DNA from: Paraspadella gotoi
Lineage: Eukaryota > Animalia > Chaetognatha
Reading direction: 5' to 3'
DNA: 64,000 bases
NCBI GenBank assembly: GCA_051294375.1
Contig: CM119271.1
Span: forward strand, 1,358,721 to 1,422,720
In this document: piece after piece, positions 24,523 to 37,400 of the stretch
How positions within the stretch are numbered: position 1 is the first letter of the stretch
How the letters are laid out: the number at the start of each line of letters is the position of its first letter
Made by a program: the position numbers and the translations under genes
The notes under the pieces: generated by a model
The model's input: only the letters and a program-made list of their open reading frames with translations
Told to the model about the DNA's origin: nothing
Databases searched by the model: none

Positions 24523-24996
24523 TTATGAGACCGGAGACTCTTCCGTTTCGTTGGTTTCAAGAAAAAATTCTAGTCCAATCTCTTATTCTTTTATAGTTTT
24601 TGTTGATAATTTTAATTTCAAGAATACACGTCAACAAGAGATTAACAAAATGCATTAATGAAAACCCCTGCATTGATTCTTCCTCGATTTTTCTTCCACG
24701 ATAGCCTTAATTCGCTATTTATTTTAGAAAATTGTGATATTTATAAATGAATGGCGTTACCTGTGGCTTCACCGCCTGAAAATCTAATCATTTCGTGTTA
24801 CATTTTTCTTCTAGCTGAATTAAACGAAAAAAAGCCGCCATGACTTGACGAGATAACAAAAGCCCCGCTCGGGCTCGCGACTTTTCGCTCGTCGATAAAA
24901 ACCGTCGCCCTTCCGGCGCGTCGGAGCCACACACCCCCTTTCCACCCACGCGTAGCCCATTTCCCCCCCAACGTTTCTCGATCGCCGGACGAAGCG

Positions 24997-26560
24997 ATGG
25001 TCGTCTCGGACGCCCACGCCTCGCCGCATCATCGCAACAATCATTCGCTTCATCATCATCATCTTCCGCTCAATCATCATCATCATCAGAATCCTCAGCG
25101 TCATCCCAACCGCAATCGCCCCGCTATGTTGGGCAGCGAGAGCCCGAGTCAGGGCTCCGCCGATGGATCCTCCAACAACAGCAACCTCAACCAACCCCAT
25201 CAGCTTCTCAACGCCGCCTCCGCATCCTCAGCCAATACCATCATGTCCGGCAACATGTTCGTCAGCGTCAACATCGGCACGCAGCCTCCCGGCGTCGCTT
25301 CCTCCCACACGCCGCCCGCTCAACATTCGCATTCCAACTCGCGTTCATCCTCTTCCTCTTCCCATCGATTCACGCCGAGATCGACCTCGACTGGCCATCC
25401 CCCGACCGGAATTCCTCCGCCGCTGCCGCAGCAGCATCAGCAACTGCAGCACCTTTCGTCTCAAAGCGGCGGCGGCGCCGTCGCCGGTGGTTATCACGTT
25501 CCGCCTAATCTCTATCACGGCTCGTGGCCTTCGGGCGGCCCCGAGAGAGGACCTCAGTTTGGCGGCGCCGCTGGCGCCGGCGCCAGAGACGGAGTCGAGG
25601 GGGACCTCGGCCACGGCTTTTACGGCGCCCAGTTAAACTCAATCTTTCAGCAGGAAAAGCAATTTCCGGCGTCTATGCCGCCAGGGCAGCCTCATCACGG
25701 CGTCGTCGGCGACACTGACTCTGTTATGAGCTTCCGGTCGAGCAACTCTGGCTCCGGTAATCATTCCCGGCAAAGCCGACCGGCGCCGTCGCATCACCAC
25801 CTCGCCCCGCCGCCGCTCGTCGCCGCGCCGCAGCACCTGATGCAGCTGGGAAGCGTCGCCAGCGCCACCGCTGGCCCGGCCGGCTCGAAGGTGGAAATGG
25901 TCTATTCCTTACTCTCCATGCTTGGCACCCATGACAAGGAAGACATGTCTCGAACTCTGCTGGCCATGTCCTCCTCCCAGGACAGTTGCATAGCCATGCG
26001 CCAGAGCGGCTGCCTCCCTCTGCTCATTCAACTGCTTCACGGCAACGAGAGCGAGGCCTCGTTGCTAGGCAACACGCGCGGGAGTCGGGCTGCACGAGAA
26101 AGGGCCTCCGCCGCGCTGCACAACATCGTTCACTCGCATCCGGACGACAAACGCGGGCGGCGAGAGGCAAGGGTGTTGAGGCTGTTGGAATCGATTCGCG
26201 CTCACTGCGACCAACTGAGGAAAGACGGGGAGGTAAGAAAAGGTGTTGAGGGGCAGCCGGGAGGTGTTTTTGTTACAGAGAAATTCAGAGAATGATAAAA
26301 GAAATTCATATGAAATTTTTCCCAAGTAACATAGTTTTTATTTGTTTAAACAACGATGGTTTAAATTTTGGACAGGTTTCGGTTTTAAATTTAATCAGCG
26401 CAAGGTTTGACAGTTTTTTGAAATTTTATAGTTTAGGAGAAAAAACAATTTATTTGTTTTTATCAACGAATTGTATTATTGGTAAGACATGTTTCGACTC
26501 TTGAGTTTTAGAGTCTTCATCAGTTATGACAATCAATATTTTTACTCTTTAACATTAGTT

Positions 26561-26596
<36 letters not shown>

Positions 26597-26695
26597 AAAG
26601 AGGAGGGAGTTTCCAACAAAGAATTGAGCAAAGGACAGTGGTCAGATATGAGGACAGGTGAAGGTAGAATCAGGGGAAAAGTTGGGTGAAATTTG

Positions 26696-26731
<36 letters not shown>

Positions 26732-29700
26732 ACAGGGTAAGAGAAAATCTTACATTTTTTTGTAATGTATAACAATGATAGAGATAAAATAACAAACTTA
26801 ATAGTTAAACTAATAGTAACATTGTAAATAAATTAATGAGTTAAAGAAGTTGAAATTGAAATAGAAGAATAAGTGATGAGGGATAGGTAAGTAAAGAGTT
26901 AGTGAAAATTAAGTTGAGAGAAAGAGCTCAAAATGAGCTGGCCCCCCCCCGGTTGGCAAAGGTGGGACGTTTGCGATAGGCTCGGGTCATTGGCTTGTCA
27001 TGGGCTGAGAAGATATGACTGTGGAGTGTGACATTTCGGGACCTGGTAGTGATCCTCCTGGGAAAATGCTAACGCCACTTCGAATATCTCTCTGGCCTGA
27101 TAGGCCTGCCGATGGCCCTCCTCTCACCTGACGGTGAGGTGGGCGATTGCCTGTTCTTGCCTGCTTTGGTGCAGGAGATACAGACTCCTCTCCCTCCTCC
27201 TGTAGCCGTCGTTTTTGGACGACGCCCAGTGTGAGAAGAGTCATGCCAGGTTGCTACAGGCTCGGGAGAGTATCGGTCGTCCATTGCCTGCTGGGAGGTC
27301 TCCGCCTGACCCGTTGAGTGGGGGCAGGGAATCACCGTGCGGTTGGGCGGCTCTGGGCGTTCCACCACCAACTTGATAAGCGAATCATAGCTTGGAGGGA
27401 GATCGAAGCGTCCCTCCATCACGGTTCAGAGAGGGCTCGAGGGCTTTGATGTAGATAGCCTCTCTAATACCTCTTGAAAACCAATTTTGGTCATGGGACA
27501 GCACGAGGCAGTCCGTCTCTCTAAACAGATTGGCCAGAGGCTACAGAAGTGCTCTGAGATAGCTGACAGGTAGTGACCTCGTGAGTCACGGTAAGGTTTC
27601 GTATGTTGCTTGACCGATCTGAGAGAGATTTTCCTGTCTCGCCACGTATGCTGCTGTGCAGGGTTGGTTTCCCTTGCCTGCACAGGCCGCCCAATAGACG
27701 GCTCCTGATGTTTTCGTTCTGGGGATTTTGTCTTTTCGGTTTCACCAGTTGCTCACGTAGAGAACCGGGGTCGTCACTGAAGTGGAGATCCCCTGCTTTG
27801 CCAGCACCCGCACCAAAGCTTCAGTGATCCCCTGGTGGTAGGGAGGGACAAGTGACCCACGTTCTTGAGACGCTTCTGCTTATCTCCCATTTGCGCTGTG
27901 GTGGGCGCGGTTGGTCCTTCAGCAGCAAGGTCCGTTCTTCTCCTCCCCTGGGGGGCGGAGGTTGAACCTGCTTTAGCGGCTACTTGGGCAGCCCCTTGGT
28001 GGCCACTGCCTCAGCTTGGTTCTGCCGGACCTAGCCTTCTCGAATGCCCACAGAGGGTAACCATTGAGCGCCAAGGCTCTTTTGACATGCTCAAGCTCGG
28101 CGGCCTGGAGCTCGGGGGTCGACGGATCAGAAGAGCTCTCTGGTAAGGGACTGACTGTGGCGAGCTTGTGTGACAAGGGGGCGTGCAAATCAAAGGAAAT
28201 GTATTGATCAGTATGCGTTGGTTTGCGATAGACAGAAAACTCCAATGAGCCGCCCTCTTTGCGCTTTATAAGCACATCGGCATTGGAATTTTACCATTCT
28301 CCTCTTTTTCACACGTCCACTTGATACTCGCTTTGATGCCGTTCAAGTGTGTTAGTAAGGCTCAACGAGATCCCTTTGCACAGCCAGGATGGTATCGTCT
28401 GCTTTCCGATACCAGAAGAGAACTGACTCTGCCCCATGCAGAGATCGAAAGAAGCCAAAGCTTCCACCTTCATAGTCCTCCATATAGAAATCTGCCAGAG
28501 GACTTGAGGTTGATTTGCCCATCCCTAAGCCACCAGGCTGGGCATAGTACCGTCCATCGAACCTGAAGTACGCCAGTTCCAGGTCGAGCCGCAGCAGTGC
28601 CATGATATCATCCAATTGGATTGGCGTACGCTCGTGTAACAACCGGTCTCCTCTTCAGGCGGCGTTCTGCGGATGCTAACGCCAGTCCCTGAGGGATGTT
28701 AGTGAACATACTTTTTAAGTCACACGAGACCAAGAGATGACTATCGGGCACTATGATATGCTGGAGCTTTTCTGTCAGATCGAGAGAATTTTTTGAGGTG
28801 TGTTGGTTTCCGACAAGAGGAGTGAGAATGCGTCCCAACTCCTTCGTCATTCCATTGAAATGGAATTGCGGGCCGATACGATAGGGCGTAACGGTAAATC
28901 GCGGGCTTATGAACCTTCGGTGACCGAAGAAAAGAGGCGGCTGCGTTGAGTCAGGGTTGACTCTATGGAATACTGCGGGGAACAGTATTCGCGAATTTTG
29001 CTTGTCACCGTCTGGATCTTAACTCTGTAAGAGCAAGAGTAGGATCCTTGTCAAGGGTTTATACGTCTCCTTGTCCGATAGCATTTTCGTAACCTTGGAC
29101 TTATAGTCTTGAGTGTTCATAACCACTGCAGCTCGCCCCTTATCTGCGGGGTGAACCATGATGGCTTGATTGCGCTGAGTGAGGCAATGGCCTTGCGCTC
29201 ACTCTTACCAACATTAGAAGGCGGCGGAACTCGTTTGGCATTGAGTATTCTTGCGCCCCTGCCCGAAGGGTAGCCGCCGCTTCGGGCCGTTGATCTAGGA
29301 GCCGGGCTCCTGTTTCAACGCGACGATGAGGTCAATAACAGGGATTTTAAAGGGTGTTTGGAACAAAAGACAGACCTTTTTAAGATTGTATTCATCTTTC
29401 GACATTTCATGGGAGGAGTGATTGGAGAGCCAACACTCCTGGGCTTTGACGACTTCATCACTGGAGAGGTGGAAAAGTTCGTTGCGCCGCGCTGGCGTCT
29501 ATCCTTTTCGAGAACTTCCTGAGCGTGGCACCAGCGAAGTTGTTCAACTTCCGTTTCTGTCTTTCTTTGTTGCTTGAAATACCCGGGCGGCGTCGCTTTC
29601 GATTCCGCATTGTAGGAGCTACTTCGTTCTGCGAAGGACTTTCATGGAGATTTTTGTTAAACTCTGATTACCAAATATGTCAACGCCCGCGGAAATTCAG

Positions 29701-30687
29701 GAAAAATAATGTAAAACATCGATTCCGATTGTTGATCTGAAGCTCGATTTTTTTTTTTGACAAATACATCATTGACATGCCATTCAGATTCAATGGTGGT
29801 CCGCTGGGAAAAATTTTGATGCAATTTTATATAAATAAAGGATTTCTCACTTACAAAATGTGCACGCATTTAAGTAGTGTCATTTACAATAAACTTCGAA
29901 CAGACGAAGCAATATTTGGCTCTCAAATTTCTTTACTTTTTTGGTTATTGATTGATACGATCATTGTTGTGATAGCCTTTTGGAATTTTATTTAAAGAAA
30001 GTAAAAGAGGAGCTTAAGATAGAATTTGAGTTTTCAACGCGGGAGTCGATTCTGAAAAAATCTTTATGCGAAAACTTCTCAAGAGGTGGATTTTGCCGAA
30101 GATTTGTTATATTTTCTATATTTATCGGTTTCATTTTTTGTTTGCTTTTAGAATTTGCTTTCCTGGCCGTCGAAATATCCTCGATTTCAGCTTGTCTGCC
30201 ATTGGCCCATCTTTCAGGCGAGAGGAGAGGTGGGCCAATGAGTTGAAAAGGCGTTGACGGTTCGGGGCGTAGGCGCGCGAGGCTGCCCATGGCATCGATC
30301 AATGAAGTTTGAAAGGAGACGTCTTCTTGTTTGTTTCGATGACGTTTCTGTCTTTGTTCCGTTTCGAATTTATTGATAGACGTGATGGCGCGCGGGATTA
30401 CGCCATATTTGCGACAGGCAAGGGAGAAGTGCAAGTGATTGTACCAACGTGAGAGACTTTCGAAATGTTGGAGAGTTTATTAATTGACGCTTTTACGGAC
30501 TGGTTTGTTTGATTGGTAGACATTGTGTATAAACTATCAATTTTCGTTGCGTTTTGAAGTTTAGGAGAAAAAACAATTTATTTGTTTTTATCAACGAATT
30601 GTTATATTGGTAAGACATGTTTCGACTCTTGAGTTTTAGAGTTTTCATCAGTTATGACATCAATATTTTTACTCTTTAACATTAGTT

Positions 30688-30721
<34 letters not shown>

Positions 30722-31390
30722 AAAAGAGGGAGTTTCCAACAAAGAATTGAGCAAAGGACAGTGGTCAGATATGAGGACAGGTGAAGTAAGATCAGGGGGA
30801 AGAAGTTGGTGAAATTTGGAATAAGAGAGAGAGAGAAGAGAGAGAGAGAGAAGAGAGACACAGGGTAAGAGAAAATCTTTACATTTTTTTGTAATTGTAT
30901 AACAATGATAGAGAAATAAAATAACAAACTTAATAGTTAAACTAATAGTAACATTGAATAAAATGAGTTAGAAGTTGAAATTGTAGAATAGTGAGAGGAG
31001 GTAAGTAAAATGAAAATTAAGTTGAGAGAAGAGCTCAAATGAGCTCATTTTAGCTCTTTCTCTCAACTTAATTTTCACTAACTCTTTACTTACCATCCCT
31101 CATCACTTATTCTTCCTATTTCAATTTCAACTTCTTTAACTCATTAATTTATTTACAATGTTACTATTAGTTTAACTATTAAGTTTGTTATTTTATTTCT
31201 TATCATTGTTATACATTACAAAAAAAATGTAAAGATTTTCTCTTACCCTGTGTCTCTCTCTCTCTCTCTCCTCTCTCTCTTATTTTTATTAAATTTCACC
31301 CAACTTCTTCCCCTGATCTTACCTTCACCTGTCCTCAATACTGACCCACTGTTCCTTTGCTCAATTTCTTGTTGGAAAACTCCCTCTTTT

Positions 31391-31425
<35 letters not shown>

Positions 31426-34400
31426 AACTAATGTTAAAGAGTAAAAATTATGTTGTCATAACTGATGAAGACTCTAAAAACTTCAAGAGTCGAAACAGAT
31501 GTCTTTACCAATAATACAATTCGTTGATAAAAACAAATAAATTGTTTTTTCTCCTAAACTTTCAAAACCGCAACGAAATTGATAGTTTATACACAATGAA
31601 ATTTTATAAAATTTTTATTTTACGCTTGGAGTTGTATTCTGAATTTCGAATTTTCGTATAGAGAAATTTAGTTTTTTCTTGGTTTGATTTTTTAATATTT
31701 TTTAAAATTTTATTCTTATATAGTAAAACAAATTTTGAAAAACTTATTTAATTTTGCAATTATGATAAAATGAAATGAAACTTGTCCATAATAATAAAAA
31801 ATCGTTGTTTTTCAAAGTCACAAACACAACGAAAGAAATGATTAAAAGATAATAAATAAAAAGATACATATTAATTAAAAAAAAAAAATTAATGTATTAA
31901 TTCCCTTCCTCTCCGCCTTTAATTTCAAGGACGAAACCGCCTTCTTGGATCACGAGAACAGTAACGAACGGGAAGGCCCCTCTCCCGCCGGCGCCGGTTC
32001 CCTTAACGGCGGCCACATTGACCACCAGCCGGCGCCGGCCGTTGCCGCCCTCATGAAGCTCTCATTTGACGAAGAATACCGTCATGCCATGTGTCAACTC
32101 GGCGGGCTCCAAGCCATCGCCGAGCTCATCCAGACCGACTTTGAAACCTTCGGCCACCACCCCGTCGTGGGCGGCGGCGGTTGCGTCATGACCATGTCCA
32201 TGACAGCCTCGACCATCAGCGACAGCGACCCCCAGTATCACATCTCCATTCGACGCTACGCTGGAATGGCGTTGACCAACCTCACCTTTGGCGACGGCAC
32301 CAACAAGGCGCTGCTCTGCTCAATGAAGCATTGCATGATGGCTCTGGTGGCGCAGCTAGATTCGCCTTCGGAAGAGCTGCGCCAAGTGACGGCTTCCGTG
32401 CTGCGGAATCTCTCTTGGCGCGCGGATCTGGCGTCGAAGAAAACTTTGCGGGAAATCGGCTCTGTCTCTGTTTTGATGCAGAGCGCAATGCAAGTCAAGA
32501 AAGAGTCGACGCTAAAGGCAATCCTCAGCGCGCTCTGGAATCTCTCCGCCCACTGTTCAGAGAACAAGGCAGATATCTGCCGAGTCGGCGGCGCGCTCGA
32601 GTTTCTGGTGGGCACGCTGACCTACAAGTCGCCCTCGAAGACATTGGCCATCGTGGAGAATGGGGGCGGAATTTTGAGAAACATCTCGTCGCACATCGCC
32701 GTCAATGAAGATTATCGGAAGGTGCTGAGGCATCATCACTGCCTTCACATTCTTTTGAAGCACCTCAAGTCCGAGTCTTTGACAATTGTCTCCAACGCCT
32801 GTGGAACTCTGTGGAACCTCTCCGCACGTTGTCCCGAGGATCAAGAGACCCTGTGGGAAATGGGCGCCGTTAGTATGCTCAAGTCTCTCGTCCACTCAAA
32901 GCACAAGATGATTTCCATGGGAGCTTCGGCCGCCCTAAAGAATCTCCTCCAGGCCAAACCCAATCTCAACGTGATGACCTCCTCCTACGGAATGGGCGGA
33001 GGCGGCGGCAAGAGGAGCGGGAGCAACTCTCTCACTTCCAGCACCTACAGCAACAATGGATCTTCGCAGGGAAAGGACGACCCACTTCCTTCATTGCACG
33101 TGAGGAAGCAGCGAGCTTTGGAACAGGAGTTGGCCGCCAACGAGAATTTGCCGGAAACGTGTCCCGATAACATTGACAATCCCTCGCCTCCCGCGCGTAC
33201 GAATCTCTACCCTCATCATCACCATCACAACGGCGGGCGCCATTTTCCGAACAACAACGCCGCGGGGAATGACTCGCCGCAGTTTTCGTCGGATGTAGAT
33301 CCCAAGAGAAACTTGGTCAAGACCTTCATTCAGAATCAGGCCAAGGCGGCGAAAGAGAACGCCGCCGCTCTGCCGACTCAGGCGAAGGAAGAATCAGAAG
33401 TTTTGATCGCCGAATCGCATCATCAACAACAACAACAACCACATCTCGGCCTCGACTTTCAGCGATCTGGAAGTCAACTCTCTGGCAGAGACTTTGAACG
33501 TTCTGGAAGTCAAATCTCAGTTTGCGGCTCTTCCAAATCGGATAATGCCTTCAATCGCCAGCGCGTCATGACGAATCCCTTCGCGATCTCCGCCGAAAAC
33601 TTCACCTCTCCTTCGAATCATGCGGCGAAGAAATCCATGGATAAACTGGCCGAAATATTCCCGGCCGAGCCAAGCGCAGAGTTGTCCGGCAACCCGAGCG
33701 ACAAGGCCTTGTCCGTCGAGCCAGAAATCGTCAAAAAGTATTCCGCCTATGCCGAATCCGAGATCGAGGAGAACGAGGATCAACCCACCAACTTCAGCCT
33801 CCGCTATCACGAGGAGGAAGACGACGAGAGCGCCATCGTTAAGGAGCAGATGGAGACAGGGTGCCACGAGGATGCCGTCAAGATGTACTGCACCGAGGAC
33901 ACCCCTCTCAATTTTAGCGTCGCCACGTCCCTGACAGATTTGTCCGGCGCCGGAATCTCCAAAGAGAACGCCGGCGTCGTCGGCGTCGGGAAACGTACCG
34001 ACGAGTCTCCTCTTGAAAAAGAGGAGGCTTCCGCTTCTTCTCGAGTCGTCGAGGAAAAAGGATCATCGGCGAAGGAAGATCAAAGACGGGGTTTGAACTC
34101 GGAGGCTACTCCTCTGAACGCTCTGAACGCGGCGAGCATGGACAAAACCAACTCGTATTATGTGGAGGGAACTCCGACTTGCTTCTCTCGAGTTTCGTCT
34201 CTCAGTTCTCTCCACAGTTGCGACGCGGAAGATCGAAGATCGACTGCTTTCCCCTCCTCGGAAAAACCTAAGATCAACGATGATTCTATGTCGGCGACGA
34301 AGCAGCCTGCTCTCCCTCAGAAAGAGCCAACACCGCAACCTCCCAAGCGGGCGGGAAGCGACGTGTCGAAAATGGTCAATCCTGCCACTGGGGAAAAAGT

Positions 34401-37400
34401 GATATTGGAGGACGCTATCGTTCTTGGATCGGAAGAAGAGAAGATCAACGAAGATCCTCTTCCCTTACCCTCTCCCCCGGAAGAGCTTCTGGAAACGCCA
34501 TCCCTGACCACCGCTGTCAAAACAAAGCCAAGTGGCAAAACAGTTTCCTTCTCCCAAGAAACACCAGAATGTCAAAATCCCGCGAACCAAAAGATTAGCG
34601 AGAACATGGTGGACACGCCTCTCATGTTTTCGCGCTGTTCCTCGGTGGGATCGCTAAGCTCCATGGTTGATCCTAATTCCGTACACGACGATAGAGGCTC
34701 CGTCGTGTCTGACTATTCCCGTCTGACTTCTCGGGCAGTCTCTCCCTCTGAATTGCCCGACTCTCCTTCAGAATCGATGCCGACTTCTCCCAAGCGGGGC
34801 CGGAGCCCCATCGCGGACAAATCGCGGAAAGAAAAAGCGGTGGAGACGCCGCCTCCGCCGCCCGCCGAGTCATCGACCAAAGAAAGAGTCGAGAGACAAT
34901 TGATCGAAGTGAATTGCCCGGAAAAGCTCGTGCCCGATGATTCGACGCGCTCCTTCTGGACGGAAGGGACGCCAGGCATTTCGGGCGGCTGCTCGCGAGA
35001 ATTTTCCGAAACGTCAAGCCTCCTCTCCGCGTTGACGATCAACGACGGAGACGTCGGCGAAAAGGCGAAGATCACGAGAAAACCGACGACGACGAACGAA
35101 TCGAAGACCCTCGACGCGGCTGAGTCTAACGGCGGAAAAGGCGGTCAAGTCTCCACGATTCCTTCGGCAAAGTCGCCCGCTATGGAGGAGGCGAGCGAGG
35201 CGACCAAATCACAGGCTTCGTCTTCGATAACTTCTGTTTCGTCCGACTCCAAATCCATCGTCTCCGTGAAAGCCAACGTCAACTTTAATCCCAACTCGAC
35301 CCCGACCCTCAACGCGCCGTCGAGCGAGCGAGAAATTTGCGACGCCGAAATCTCCGACATGTCGGAAAGCGAGGAGGATTTGCTGGAAGCCGTGATCCAG
35401 GTTGGCAAGGGCAGATTGTCCGGACGAGATCAAAAGCCGAAACCTGCGAAAATTCACAAAGGCAGAACGATGGGGAATAGACGGATCGAAACGTCTTTAT
35501 CAAAAGTGGACAAAACCCAGAGTGGCGAACGAACCCATAATAAAGTGAACGTTTTGAAAATGACGACGCCGTCGGCAACGAGGGCTCGCAATTTGCCCGG
35601 AAACAAATCATCGAGCGGAGTGACGCCCGATTTGTCTAATTCCTCGTCTCCCGCCGTATCGACGCTTAACGAACCCGTCAAAAAACTGATCGCCGATGAA
35701 ATTCCACGAACCTATCACACTGAGGACACGCCGAAGACGCAGTTTAGCGCGGCCACGTCATTAAGCGATTTGACGATTGACGACGAAACGGAAACTGACC
35801 TTCGCGCTGGAAGACCCGGATTTTCTCTCGCTGGGAAGAATCAGCTGCCGCAACAGCAGCAACTGCAGCAGCAACAACAGCAACAACCCAAATCCACTAA
35901 AAATAGGGAAGAGTCTCAACTCTCCGACGACAGCAGCCTCTCCGGAGACGAATCCGATCTGATGGAGTGTATCAAGATGGCGATGCCGACGAAACCGATC
36001 TCCAGCGGTGCCGCTGTGAAGCCAAGTGAAAATATCAAGACAAAGCCGAATATTAAAATCTCTAAGACGGCGCCGCTGGTCAAACCCAAATCTGTCAAAA
36101 CTAAGCCGATATCGCAGAACCCAACGCCGATGAGAGATAATTTCGTGAGAAAATTCAATGCGTCGCCGGATCGAGGAAAAACCAAGACTCCGGAATCTAC
36201 AAGGTCCACGGAGGCTTTTCACCATAATTTGGAAGGATTTTCATCTCATATCGTCGAGCCGGGCAACGATTCGCCCATGATATTTTCGGGGGTGGAAGGG
36301 ACACCGGCCGTATTTTCGCGAAACGATTCGTTGAGTTCTCTATCCTGTGACGACGATGCTGTAGAGAGATCTCCTAAAGAAAAGAGCATCGTCAAACCGA
36401 TGAGGCATTCAAGCTTCTCGCCCGACGCGGAGAAGACGAGCGCGAAGCTCTTGCCGCGGCCCAAGACTTCTCCCGGGTTGGCCTCTCCAGTCGATTCTCG
36501 AAACGGCGGATCGACTCCACGGTCTCCCGCCCACGGACCTTCGACGGGAATCCCGAGGTTGGCTTTTCGAAGAAGCCGCACCCCTTCCGTGGAAAGGGTC
36601 AAGGTTCCGCCGATGAGCGCCGTCTCCAGCGCCACCTCGCCCAGCATTCATTCCCCTCAAACCTTTCTACAGGTGGAGGGGACCCCGATTTGCTTTTCTC
36701 GGAATTCCTCTCTTTCTTCGTTGAGTTTAGAAGACGAGGAAGGAGGGAATCAAGCGACGAGGAAAAAAGGAGACGGAGAAAATTCGGAAAAGCATAAAAA
36801 TAAAGACGATCAGATGGAAGAGGGAGAAGAGGCGTTGCTCGACGAGGTTCTAAGCGCGGGTCTGCCAAAGGGAAAATTCAAGAAAAAGCCAGGATCTATT
36901 TTTCAAAAGAATTCCTTCAAGAGAACCGGGCTCGTCCCGGGAAATTTCGGTCCTCAATCTAAAACGACGAATCGAGCGACTCCAGCTCAGACGCCCGAAA
37001 GGAAAAAGACGACGAAGCCTAACGAAGAAAGAGGAATTCCCTTCAGTCCAAAGGTAAGACAAAAGGCGGTCGTTACGCCGAAAATAAAGGAAGTCGCCGG
37101 CAAAAAAACCGTCGCAATCAACGAGCGAAAAAAGTCAGAAAATACGGAGAAAAATCCGAAAAAGTCCGCGGATCCTGAAGAGAATTTCAGCGTCATCAAT
37201 ATCGTCTACGAATCGGTGGAAGAGAAGGCAACGTTGCAAAACCGAATTCCCGATGGCGAATGCTTGGATGACATTGAAATACCCTCGATAGCCAACGAGT
37301 TGGGAGATTCTCTCTCTTCTTCCGGCGGAATGTCGCTCTCTTTAAATAGCGAGAAGGGAGGAAAGGAAGAGCCGGAAAAAGTTCTTCCTTCAAAAGTGGA

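Larger units (their letters stand above)
26431..31598 (-). mobile_element. Penelope-like retroelement (RT plus GIY-YIG endonuclease) with direct pseudo-LTRs and an inverted third copy, inside the APC intron
   Basis: Frameshifted minus-strand ORF from the ATG at 30523: HLHFSLACRKYGVIP, HPADKGRAAVVM, SCDLKSMFTNIP, GLGMGKSTSSPLADFYM, RKADD, VYRKPTHTDQY, GETGKSLSDR, EAIYIKALEPSLNRD. Terminal ~0.5 kb repeats. TGAAATTTTATA on both flanks (26419-26430, 31597-31608). Confidence 0.92.
30521..31598. repeat. Spacer-less ~1.08 kb palindrome (5' pseudo-LTR plus its inverted copy)
   Basis: Centre AAATGAGCTCATTT at 31037-31050. Outer ends CATTGTGTATAAACTATCAA (from 30521) and TTGATAGTTTATACACAATG (to 31598). 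Confidence 0.9.
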
